From the NCBI GenBank assembly GCA_964106915.2, contig OZ066917.1: 64,000 nt of DNA; one strand, 5' to 3'. A program made the position numbers and the translations under genes. The notes beneath the pieces were generated by a model, which had not been told where the DNA came from, searched no databases, and saw only the letters and a program-made list of their open reading frames with translations. Shown piece after piece: positions 23,038 to 34,130 of the stretch (the stretch's first letter is position 1; each line of letters begins with the position of its first letter). Origin of the DNA: Podarcis gaigeae (lineage: Eukaryota).

Positions 23038-23292
23038 TGTTTTATTTATTCATTTAATACATTCCTATGCTGCTTTACAGTTCAGAATTCCCAGTGACTT
23101 AGAATAATCCATTAAAAGACTACAAGCAGCAATGATCAAGAAAACAGTTTGCAATAGGGAAAGTCAGCACTTAGAACACTCAAGGCAGATTTTTTTTAAA
23201 TGCTGGAAGTTAAAAGGCTAGGGAAAATAAGAAAAGGTTTTGTCTAGCACTTAAAATACATTTACGTGGGAGGCCAGGTGAACCCCTCTGGG
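23038..23292 (-). mobile_element. Degraded L2 3' end
   Basis: tttatttattcattt tail, then aaaaggttttgtctagcacttaaaa...ggccaggtgaacccctctggg, the reverse of an L2 ORF2 end. Confidence 0.5.
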
Positions 23293-23390
23293 TTGGGGTA
23301 CTGTTTAGGAGTGGTTCTTGTGTGTGGAGGGGTGCTGGTGCTGTTATTTATATTGTTTTTTCATATCTTTATTTTAGGTCTTACAGTTTA

Positions 23391-23609
23391 CAGTGGTACC
23401 TCTGGTTGCGGACACAATCTGTTCTGGGGTGCCATTCACACCCCGAAAAGTCCATAACCAGAGCGGCGCTTCTGCGCATGTGCAAAGCGCGATAAAGTGC
23501 TTCTGCATATGCGCGTGCGGTGAAACCCGGAAGTAAACACTTCCGGGTTTGCCACGCTCTTAACCTGAAAAAACGCAACATGAAGCGTTCGCAAGAAGAG
23601 GTATGACTG
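23391..23609. mobile_element. Tigger/pogo-like MITE inserted in an L2 3' UTR
   Basis: TA|cagtggtacctct ... agaggtatgactg|TA. Internal hairpin aaacccggaagt aaac acttccgggttt. Confidence 0.85.
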
Positions 23610-23611
23610 TA

Positions 23612-23790
23612 TGTGGAAATTGTTGAATGTGTATTTCTGATGTTTTAGTTATTGTTAATTCCTTTTGTTATGTTTGCAATTACGTAATTTTTTACATGTT
23701 GTAAGCCACCTTGAGCATGGTTTAACTTTGGAAAGCCGGCATAAAAATAAAAGAATTGACTGATTGATTGATTGATTGATTGATTGATTG
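23612..23790 (+). mobile_element. L2 3' UTR tail ending in a (TGAT)n microsatellite
   Basis: tgtaagccaccttgagc...gaaagccggcataaaaataaa followed by (tgat)n at 23755-23790. Confidence 0.65.
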
Positions 23791-23889
23791 CGAGTTCCAC
23801 AACCAGACATGTTCACTCCTTCATTGCCACCTTCCCCATTTCAGAAGGCAGTACCACCTAGAAAGATGACTCTGAAGAAGATCTTAGTG

Positions 23890-24347
23890 CAGTGGTTTTC
23901 AACCAGTGTGCCATGGCACCCTGGGGAGCCTTGGATGATGATCGGGGTGCCATGGGCAACACTGGCCTCTGTCCCTCTTTCCTTCCCTGCCTACCCTGAT
24001 GTCCTCTCGCATCTCTGCCTCCCAAAGGCTTGCACAGCTGTTTGTTGCAGAAGCCCTGGTTATGAGCTCCGCAGGCAAATGGTACCTCGGAGAAGCACCT
24101 CTCTTTGGGGCAAGGGGGCAGCTCAGAGACCAGAGGTGGCGGCAGCAGCTGGCCAGAGGATTCCCAATGAGAGGGGAGAGGAGGCTGAGGGAACACTCAC
24201 AAGGGTGTGTGTTAGAAAAGGGGTGAGGGGCTGCCAGCTTTGCAGGCAAGGGGTGACATAATGGGGTTCCTGAGCCCCACAGGAGTGCCACAGAAAGAAT
24301 GTAGTCAGTCAAGGGAGCCATGGACTCAAAAAGGTTGAAAACCTCTG
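23890..24347. mobile_element. hAT-Charlie-like non-autonomous element (458 bp)
   Basis: TIR cagtggttttcaacc / ggttgaaaacctctg (14/15). 8-bp TSD tcttagtg (23882-23889) / tcttagta (24348-24355). Confidence 0.9.
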
Positions 24348-27300
24348 TCTTAGTATATCAGTTTGGCTAATGCAGAAGATGTTCCTTAAGCTACGTGGGT
24401 CCCTGACCATATACAGGCTGTGGATAATCTCCACTAATAAAACTAGGCATCAGTATACATGCTGTGTTTTGTCTAGTCCTGCCTTAACTATTTGTACAGA
24501 TGCCCTCTATTAACCAAGGTGAGTAATGTATCCTTCCCACTTTGTAAAAATGTATCAAGATAATACAATGTCGCAATTTACATGATCATTCAACAGTGAA
24601 CTTTCAGTCTTCCCAATGAAATTTAATCTTTAGACTTCCTGTCTGTTAGTTTTATCTTTTGTTTATCCCCCTCTATGTGCCATGCCTCTGAACTTTTCTC
24701 ATTGCAAAAGGTATTTTGCTGTTGCTGAAGGACTCACACTCTCAACATGGGTAGTTGAGATTATCCTGCATGCTGTGGAATCAAGGCATGACATGCTTTT
24801 AAAGGCATTTTTGAAAATCACTAACTTTATCTCTACGGTGCATTTTTAAGACATACTTCAACAACTATCAGTGTGCTTACATTGCCATTTACTGTGGCTG
24901 TAGCTCTCTCCCATCACCTGCTGTTTTCAACTAGGTTCACAAGTATTCTGTAGCATTAGATAAAAGCTAGGAAACTTAAAACTGGATCATGAGTTGGTGA
25001 AATGCCATATTGAAAAATGACCACCGATGGTGCAATTTACAGATGAGCTCACAAAATATGGACCTGCATTTCCCAGACTTGGCCTTTCCTTTGAGGCTGC
25101 ATTCACCATTCCAGGCAGTACTGCTGCAGTCATAGAATCATAGAAATGTGGAGTTTGAAAGCTGCTTTTCTCACCTAACATTAGTTTTAGGTCCACAGTG
25201 ATTCTCAGTGCTACATGAATGTAAAACTGATCTTGTTCTTTTAAGTCATAATACTAGAACACTGGATTTTGATGAATTTGTACTACATTTTGCAGCATCA
25301 AAGACAAAAAATAAATAGTTATAACCTATGATAGCAAATCCCTGAAATATCATTCTTGATTTTCTTCTAGTGGGTTATTCTCCTTTTTTATATTTTCTGT
25401 TAATTGATGGCAAGAAAAATTAAGAATTGTTGAATTTGCTTAGTAAACATTTTTGAATATACATAAGTTGCAGTACGGCTGCAAAAATAAGGGTTAAATA
25501 AAAAGAGCTTACACTCTTGTCTTAGAAAGGCATGCAGACCAGATGAAATGGCCCACAACTTTTTCGTGCCCCCTTCCCAGAACCTTTAGGCTAGATACAG
25601 GCTTAGAACTTAAAGCATCATTGACCCAAATCTTTCAGTGCTGCCCTTCAAATCAGGTTCAATGGTCAATAAGTCAGCAAGCCATTGAGGTCATTAAATT
25701 TACATGTATATCCAAGCCTTGAATGCGAGAGACATCTTGGGTGGTGCTTGCCCAAACAATCTTAGCCTAAATTCTAATCATTCAGACACTTGGAACCAGG
25801 CATTATGGCAAGGGAAAGATTCACAACTCTCATCTGAGCTGTGTGGGTCTTGGTTCCATATATGACCACTTTGGCATGAGAACCAGCAATGTCAATAAGC
25901 AGCAATCACACTACAGAGATACACGTGACATGAGAAAAATACTTGTGATATTAGAGATTGAGAATACTCAAATATTCTGCTGGTGCACCACCAGCAAGTG
26001 TATTTTGTGACTGACCTTCAGCTATAGAGATGGGGTAGAAATTATGATTTGATTAAACCTCTCTACTGTCAAAGGGATGAGAAGAATACTTCCTTATGCT
26101 CAATTTCAGTGATGGGGAAGCAGAGCTATAAACAGATCACTCTATCTCCCAGGAGTTATTTGAGTAAGAACAAGAACCAGATTGATTCCTCTACCTTCAC
26201 AGTCTGGCCACTAAATGTGTGCCCTTTCAAAAAAACACACAAAAAACCCTGAAACATGAGCTAAACTAATGAAGCTGTTTTTCAGATCAGATTAAGTGCA
26301 CAGTGATAGCAGAAGCTGAGTACTTTCTACATTCTCTTTTTAAATAATGTGGTCTGTGTACTGCCTAAAGCAGGATTTAAAATTTGTGTCAATGCACTAT
26401 CAGACAACTAAGCCACCGAGAAAACAGGCAGAGTAGGAATGAATGAAAACATTTGTTTTACATGTATTCTATTATGATCATCAGGCAGCCGTATTTTTTT
26501 AATTTCCATACATTTAGGTTTCATGGGCAAGATTTTAACTTGTCTACCTTCAGACTAGAGGGCTCACATTTCACCTAGAATTTTAATGTACCAAATGCAA
26601 GACTGAGCTGATAGAAACTGATATAATAAGATATGAACTAAGCTCAAGGTAAAAATGCAGCTGTACTCTTTGAGGACCTTGTTTGTTTGCTGGACAGATT
26701 AACTTCAAGAATATGTTATGATTCACTCACTCATGTTACTTAATTCTCTTTTATATCTGATAGTTGCATAAAATGGAAAGAGAAGAGCAATATTTTGAAA
26801 CCTCATACAAGATAATCTAACAAGCAGAAACCAATGAACAGTGTTCTGCACTGATCCTGATTTGATTTATTTTTCTTTTCTGTCTCTCTACCCCCAAACA
26901 AACCTTCCACATGACATCCTGGGTTCATGATTTACTTTTAGATATATAATTGTCCAAAAGCTCATTAAAATAACACAGAGGACATTTGTATACAGAGTAA
27001 CTGCAAGGAATTCTGGGTCAATCAACAGGGCAAGTAAAGGCTGCCCAGATTCAATTCTACCAGATTCAGTTCAAGCCATCAGCTTATAAAACTAGATGCT
27101 ATCTTGCACCAGCCAAGAAAATAATTTAGGTCACTCCCCTCAAACAAGTCCTTTATTGTGCTCAAAAAACTATCTTCACAAACCGCAAGCAATAACAATT
27201 AAATCAATTAAAAAATTGAGATTTAAAAAGACTTTAAGGGGGAAAGTAACACTTAAAATGAGGGAGAGAAATTAACATGAAGGTTTGCTTACTCAGCTAG

Positions 27301-27959
27301 ATTCTCTGATTAATAATTCTCTTTCCTTATGTCGTTTCCCATGCCTGCTAAACCCTGCAGAAATAATAGTTTTAGATTGTTTTTATCCCCCCCCCCATAG
27401 TGTACTTTTATCCTTGGCGCTGTTATCTCTAGGTTTGGTAAATGTAAAAATGGGCATGAGGCAAGGTGAGTCAACTGCCTTGGAGGGCAGGATCTACAGA
27501 GGCAGCAGATCTGGCCTCCAATGACTACATCACCTGCTGCTGCTGCTGTCATAGCCATGGTGGCTGCAATGGCTGCAGCACACTTCTCGGAGGCTGGCTC
27601 TGCTCACTCCTCAGCAGGCCTTCCCCCAGTGCCACCACTACAGTGACCTCTCAGTGAATAGGAGGCACTGTTGGTTTCTTCCCACCTCAAACTTCTCCCC
27701 TCCATCCCTAAACTCCACCCATCTTCAAAATTATTTCTAGTGGCACCATTACTACCTGGTGTGCAGCTGCTGTCACAGTATCATTGGTCCAGGTAGCCCA
27801 TCAGTTTGGCATTCTCTGTCTTGGTAAAGGACTTCTTACCCAAGGAAACTTCATGCTTTACCAAGCAAGATATATCTTGTTCATGTAGTTTGCTTCACGA
27901 CAAGGAGACATTTATTGCAGTATCAGATGTTACCCAACACAGCCAAGCAATTTCTGAAG

Positions 27960-28236
27960 CTGGGCTGGCCTAGGACATTTTCCTGCCTGAGGCAGAGTAG
28001 CAAATCGCAACTTCCCCACCTACCCCACACCTCATAAGTCATAGTACATAGAATTGGTCAATTTGTTTTGGCATCTGTGGCAGAAAATCCTACAACAGCT
28101 TCTCTCTCTCTCGGCACCCCGGCAGTAAAAATGCAATAATGATAAATTAAATCAATAGCAGTGTTCTGCCTTTTAATGATACCCAACATTGGCTGCCTGG
28201 GGCATATGTGTCTTCCTAATACTAGGGCTGGCCCTG
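27960..28236. mobile_element. Old hAT MITE
   Basis: Ends ctgggctggcct / agggctggccctg. Flanks ttctgaag / ttccaaag are both derivable from ttccgaag by CpG decay. Confidence 0.65.
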
Positions 28237-28730
28237 TTCCAAAGGAGTAGTCTGTTATAACAAATGCCAAAAAGACTGTGGCACCAAAAAGATTTAGGAT
28301 ATTTATTGTGGTGGGAGGTTTTGTGGACTTGAGCCCACTGCCATCAGATGTATAACATATGGTGGAGAGAAAAAGTTGTAAACTATGAGGCCAAAAGATT
28401 AAGTAACAAATCACTTCAGTCAATTGTGAGTGTTGTAATGATGTAGCCTTTTAAATGCCATCTCTGGGAAGTCTGCTTTATTAAGAGAGGGATCTAAGAA
28501 ACCACCCAGCACAAGACTTTGAAATGGTGGCTTTCCAAAATATGTGTCTTATTGAGTCACAGAAATAAGCCTCTCCCATGTATGTTCTAAATTAGGCAAA
28601 AAATATACATTTTATTTGCCCATAATTTAATTTATAATAAAATACTGCATAGTTAGCCCATTCCAAATGTTCTATTATTTGTTAGATTTAGTCACCCTGA
28701 GTTAAAAGAACATTTTGATGCTCCACAAAA

Positions 28731-28925
28731 AGGGATGAGAATATCTGTGAATTTCTGTTTCTTTTGGTTTCTCTTTTTTCCCAATTGTTCACACACATTT
28801 TCAGATCAGTTTGTGGATTTTTTGAAGCCCTCATGAAAATCCATCTGAATTTTAGTGCAAATACACATTTGTATGCAGTTCTACCCTGTAAACACACTTT
28901 TGCAAAGCAATTTCCCCTAATATTC
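28731..28925 (+). mobile_element. AT-rich squamate DNA-transposon-like repeat fragment
   Basis: Reverse-complement similarity to 35880-36165 (ttttagtgcaaat..., tttgtatgcag, cacttttgcaaagcaatttcccctaat). Confidence 0.55.
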
Positions 28926-31227
28926 CCCTAACATTTCTCCCTGACCCCTATCTACAAAGTAAGCATTTTTTTAAAAAAAAAAAACAGATTTTTTTTTCTG
29001 CCTGGACTTGCTTTTATTGCAGTGCAAGAGCAGAACAGGTGAAGAACAGAACAAGATATCAGGTCATGGTTATGAAGGGAGCAAAGGCCAAAACAGGTGT
29101 TTGGTGTTGCATTTTCTGCTAAGCCAAAGGGCAGGATGGAGGGATGAATCAAGACCGTGACATAGAGGAAAGAGGACTTTAACTCTTCCTGTCCTCATTC
29201 TTCCTGTCCATACCTCTCCTCCCAGTAATACTGCTGGACCATAGCAGCATCTGGAGCACTAATGCCTCATAACACAATTGTGTGGTGGGATTGTGTCTGG
29301 GGAAGAACAGCCTTTCATCTACTTCCATTCCAGGTGCATAATTCTATGGGAAGTATAAACATTTGAATGAACAGAGCCAGAACTGAGACAGTTCCTTCTC
29401 TGGCAAGTCTAATTGCAGGTGTAGGGAACCTGATTAGGATCAGAGCTACAATAAGGAGACAAAGGGTTAAAGCCCCACCACCACCCACCAACTAAAGTCT
29501 CACTCCACATCAGGCCCAAGCACCTCATTTTGCTGAATCCCTCTCTCCTGCAGTAAATATAGAACTTGGGAGGGCAAACAAGAAGGCCCTAGGGACCAAA
29601 AGTGAAGCCTCCATGAGTCACATCGAACCGGGAACCAAGAGATACCACCATCTGTGGACTAGATGAAGGATTATATTGCTTACTGGAGTTGGAGATGTTT
29701 GCAGAATGTTTGTTTGTTTGATAGAGCATTGGATTTAAAATGCTTAGGAGTTCATAATCTGCTATTTACAAGGAAGAGGGCAATAAGAAATCAGAACAGC
29801 TTTTATGCCCATTCTCAGAGATATTTCAATATTTTCACAACTAAAGCTGCTTGTTACAGCAAAATAGCTTCCCTGGTGGAGCAAGATGTTGTTTTTTGTC
29901 TTTACCAAACATCTGCGATAAAAAATAAACATTTCATTCCACAGCATACCCAGATATATGATCTTTTTAACTGTTTCTTCTTCAATATATAAAAAAATTG
30001 CTCAGTCTCCATTTTAAAATATTTCACTACAGGGTTTACTTACTGGACATTCTAGTGGATAGCCAAACAAATAGGATTGTAGCCAAATATGGAATTGGAT
30101 TCTGCATGGACCTTTGCAATACTAAAGAGTTGGCCAAGCATAGGTGATTGTTGCCATAGAAGCTAATGATCAAAGATGTCATTTGGGAGCAACATCATCG
30201 GCATGGCACACACTTTATCTTTATGTTAATATAATTAGTATATACAGAGATATAGAGAGATGTATGTATTTGCAGAGCCAGAAACCACTCATTAATTCAC
30301 CAGATTTTAGCACTGGAACACCCCAAATTCCTGCATACATGAAAATTTGGAGAATTTCTCCAACTTCCCAAAAGTGACCACAAAGGAGAACCTTTCCTCA
30401 TCTGGTAAATTATGGTACCGTACTCTAAAGTTTAATGATGCTTCCTGGCTTCCTGTGACTTATTTATTTTCATATTAAGTTATGTTTGCACATAATTGTT
30501 ATGTCAACATCCCTCAGGAAATCATGCCGCTAGTTCTTAACACTAATTTCTTTCCCCTTGCCTGCACAAGCTGTTATGACTGTCTTCTCTTGATAAAAGA
30601 AGCAATTCTTTACATCTGGAATCTGTAAGGGCTGCAGAGGGGAATGACAATCCGTGTCTGCCATCAGAGGTTGGCTACTTTCACCTCTCTTGTCATCTCT
30701 CCTGTTCTCAGAGCCTTCATAAAGGAGCTAATTCCAGAAGAACTCTGAGCAGGTTTTTGGCATTTTGTATTTAGGTATAATGGGTAGGTCCTTGACAGTT
30801 GCCATCAGGTCTGGAGCTACTTTGAGATGTGGAAGTATTGGATATCTTTATTTGACCAATTAGTAAGCTTGCTTTAAAATTACATATATTTTTAATGAAA
30901 TGCTAACTGTTGAATTGTTGGTGTTATACTGTAGCAATATAATTTTACTATGTATGATGACTTTTGTATTTAAGTTTTTTTATATGAACTGCTTTGAGCA
31001 CAAATATATTTGTTGATTGTGGGAAGTGTAGTAGCTAAGCAAGCTGATTAGGACTATGAAAACTAATATGTATTTCCATGTGATACAATATTATTTTTAT
31101 AATCTGCCTATGATGGAGCTAAATCATGACTAGACATCACATTTTCACCACCCAAAGAATCCCAATAATTTGAAAGGCATATACGTAGACATGTTTGTGT
31201 CTATATATTAACCTGCACTGATCTTCC

Positions 31228-31308
31228 AGGGACACCGGGGGATTAGACCAGGGACTATCTGCAAAAAAACAAAAAACAAAAAACCCAGATGCTCTACTAC
31301 TGAGCTAC
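31228..31308 (-). mobile_element. tRNA-derived SINE head fragment with an A-rich insertion
   Basis: Minus strand reads gtagctcagtagtagagcatctg (A box) ... gtccctggtctaatcccc (B-box-like). Confidence 0.55.
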
Positions 31309-31752
31309 TACTATGTCAATAAGCAGTAGAAATAATAATTATATAATATTACTATTATTATACTTAACAGGTGAAACAAATAAGTTGATCTTTGTGAAGG
31401 TCTTACTCAAAATCTACTATCCTATCCAACAGCACCAGCCATTCACAAAGGCAGAATCAACTTGAATTCCATATCTCTCCATGTGAAATATGTGAAATAT
31501 GTTGGGCTCCTTGTGTCTTGTCCACATGTTCAGATAATCCTGTGGTCACAGGTCATTTGAATTTGAAAGAAAAGGTTAAACCAGGCTAATCTGAATGTGT
31601 ATGCTTTAAAATGATAAAATACAAGATACATCACACACACACACCATTAGCTCTACTTAATGGAAGAGGTGGTGCATTTAAAATCCAGCCTTCAAATTCT
31701 GTTTTCCCATTAATCTGAAAGTATCCTTGGAAAGTATCTTCAAAATATATAC

Positions 31753-31953
31753 AGATAGGTAGCCGTGTTGGTCTGCCATAGTCAAAACAAAAAAAATTCC
31801 TTCCAGTAGCACCTTAAAGACCAACTAAGTTAGTTCTTGGTATGAGCTTTCGTGTGCATGCATCTGAAGAAGTGTGCATGCACACGAAAGCTCATACCAA
31901 GAACTAACTTAGTTGGTCTTTAAGGTGCTACTGGAAGGAATTTTTTTTGTTTT
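31753..31953. mobile_element. Penelope-like element terminal (pLTR) fragment arranged as an inverted repeat
   Basis: Starts agataggtagccgtgttggtctg and contains gtagcaccttaaagaccaact and ctgaagaagtgtgcatgcacacgaaagctcat, characteristic of reptile Penelope ends. Perfect 79-bp arms at 31784-31862 / 31875-31953. 14-bp flanking duplication ttcaaaatatatac. Confidence 0.85.
31860..31897 (+). ncRNA. Minimal type I hammerhead-ribozyme-like motif (Penelope-associated)
   Basis: gcat-CTGAAGA-a-gtgtgcatgcacac-GAAA-GC-TC-atac: core boxes, palindromic stem II, palindromic AGCT stem III, CUC triplet. Stem I pairs 3/4. Confidence 0.6.
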
Positions 31954-32128
31954 TTCAAAATATATACTCTGTTTTCCCATTAATCTGAAAGTATCCTTGG
32001 GAAGTATCTTCAAAATATATACTCACAAATGAAACTATTTAAATATTAGAATTCTGACTCTGGTCATATATATCTCTTCACCTGAACTGGAAAGTATTGG
32101 CTGCGGTAGAAAAAAAAATTAGCCTACC

Positions 32129-32888
32129 TGTCAGGGTTTCAGAGACAGAGAGCGAGGGGGAAGGGTCCCAGGGTGATGAGGAGGAGAACGACAACGACCC
32201 GAGGTTGTCTCAGAGTCCGTCAAGCGATTCGGAGGATTCCCAAAAGGGAGCCCCCCTGGCCAGGCCGAGGGGCGATAGAGGGGGAAGCAGTCAGAAGCAG
32301 GAGAGTGGAGGGGAAACCCCCAGTGGGAGTTGGAGATCGGGACCGGCTCCTCTGTCGGAACGGAGTGAAAGGGGTGGAGTTACCAGTGTGTCAGAAAGAG
32401 CAGAACAGGAAACAAAGGGGGGAAAGAGTTCGGAGCAAGACGTCCTGCCGGAAGGGGTGGAGAGTAGCACCGAGAGCAGCGTAACTGTCGAAAGGAAGGT
32501 CAGAGGCAACGTACGCGCGCCAAGTTCAAATGTGGAGGCACGCGGAAGTGAGGAGAGTCCTGGGGAGGAGCCTGGTCCCAAAGCGCGAAGGAGGGGGGAG
32601 CAGGCGTCAGAGGACTCAGCCTCTGGGGAGTCCCGGAGGGAGGGAACACAGGGGGGCAGGAAGACCCTGCAGAAAAGGAAGGAGAGGAAAAGGTGGAGCA
32701 GTACAAGCCTCTTAAACTGGTGCAGAGGCGGGACGGATTCAGAGGGGACTTCTACGATCTAAGAGTAACAGATCCGGAGCCACGGAGCTTGGATGTAATG
32801 CCAACAATGTTCTTCAATAAAACCTTTTGTATATAACTTGGACTGGACTTTGGTCTCTTGTGAGCTGGGACCACGGGTGGCTCTGACA
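32129..32888 (+). mobile_element. Solo LTR (760 bp), probably Gypsy-type, young
   Basis: TGTCAG...CTGACA inverted termini. Perfect 5-bp TSD ctacc (32124-32128 / 32889-32893). AATAAA at 32816-32821. CpGs are retained. Confidence 0.93.
32130..32762 (+). CDS. ATG-less 210-codon open frame inside the solo LTR (S/E/G-rich with a basic C-terminus), function unknown
   Basis: Part of ORF 32097-32762, whose TTG start lies outside the LTR. There is no in-frame ATG, and the stop is 53 nt before AATAAA. Confidence 0.3.
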   Translation, partial: VRVSETESEGEGSQGDEEENDNDPRLSQSPSSDSEDSQKGAPLARPRGDRGGSSQKQESGGETPSGSWRSGPAPLSERSERGGVTSVSERAEQETKGGKSSEQDVLPEGVESSTESSVTVERKVRGNVRAPSSNVEARGSEESPGEEPGPKARRRGEQASEDSASGESRREGTQGGRKTLQKRKERKRWSSTSLLNWCRGGTDSEGTSTI

Positions 32889-33884
32889 CTACCCATTAGT
32901 GGACCTATTTTATTCACATGGTTGATCCATTATGAATTCTATTATTTGCCAGACTTTGGAAGAATACAGAGATAAATGTGCACACAAAAGAGCGAAAGAA
33001 GACTGAGTGTCATCAGTATAATTATGGCCCCATAAGCCATATTAGTCTAGCATCTCCCTCAGAGAAATGGCACAGATGGTAAACAAAAGGAATAACAAAC
33101 CAAGCTCATGCAGGATTCAGAAGCTGAGGGCATCTGGGGAGGAGGAGCAATTCAATAACAGCCTCTGGGATTTGTTTGAAAAACATGCAGAACCACTCTC
33201 TGGAGACGTTATCTATTCTTGCTGGAATTTTCCATTAAATCAACCATATCGGATCTCTGGTGAAAACCGAAGGTCAGAGGAAGGTCACTCAAAACCATCA
33301 AGAATGTTTGGCTTTGCCTTGAGGAGATCATAGACAGATGAGATTAATGTTGTTTCCAATGCCAAGGCCATGTCTGATGCTTGTCTGAATGGGCTCCCAG
33401 CACTTCCATGATATCAGATGTCAAGACATGGTCATATAGGCAGCTGGGTGATGACTTTGGATGATAGTGCTCTTTAAAGGAAGAGTCGGAGTATATACAG
33501 CTTATTTGAAAGATTGGCACCAGTTTGAACTTCACTGAAGGAGCACTAACAAGGATACAAAAGGTATGCATATTTAAAGATAAGCAAAAAAAAATTGAAT
33601 AGAAAGTGGGTAGAAAGGATAGAAAATGAATAGAAAGGCTATGACAACAGAACCATGGCCTGTGCTTTTGACTCAATGAGGAGTTCACAGCTGGCCTATC
33701 AATGTTTCTCAATTGCACTTTCAGTTCAAGCCTCTAGCAATTCATGGTTTAGGTTTGTCTATTGCAAAATGCTTTGTAGATAAATTCACTCATATTCATG
33801 CTGACTTGGATGCCATAATTAGTACTGGTCCAGTACTAACCTTATGTAACTTTAGTTCCTTATGTCTAGTTATACCATTGGCAC

Positions 33885-34130
33885 AGCTGAAGGATGCATG
33901 TAGGATCCTTAAAGAGAGGTAATTTAGTGTTTTGGGATTCAACATCACCAGTATGCTGATGGCTCTCTCTTTTTTTATCTAAATCCATTCTATTCAAGTT
34001 CTGAATGTTGTTGGGAATGGACTGGGTGAGGGCTCATCTAAACAAAATAGAGGTGCTTCTGGTCAACCAAAAGGCAGAACAGGGAATAAGGTTCAACCAG
34101 TCTTGGACTGAATCCCCCCTGAAGACCATG
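33885..34130 (+). mobile_element. Highly degraded L2 RT fragment
   Basis: catcaccagtatgctgatg encodes HHQYAD, the RT YADD region. Downstream ctaaacaaaatagaggtgctt resembles NP.KTEVL. Confidence 0.55.

Larger units (their letters stand above)
31698..32022. repeat. 55-bp direct duplication (31698-31752 / 31968-32022) split by the Penelope insert
   Basis: tctgttttcccattaatctgaaagtatccttgg(a/g)aagtatcttcaaaatatatac, 54/55 identical. Confidence 0.92.

Noticed and set aside
23788-24321. ORFs as a hAT transposase
   Set aside because: The element is only 458 bp and has no transposase motifs, so it is non-autonomous.
32097-32128. TTG start for the 221-aa ORF as a host gene
   Set aside because: The start lies in flanking DNA outside the LTR TSD and is non-canonical for a vertebrate.
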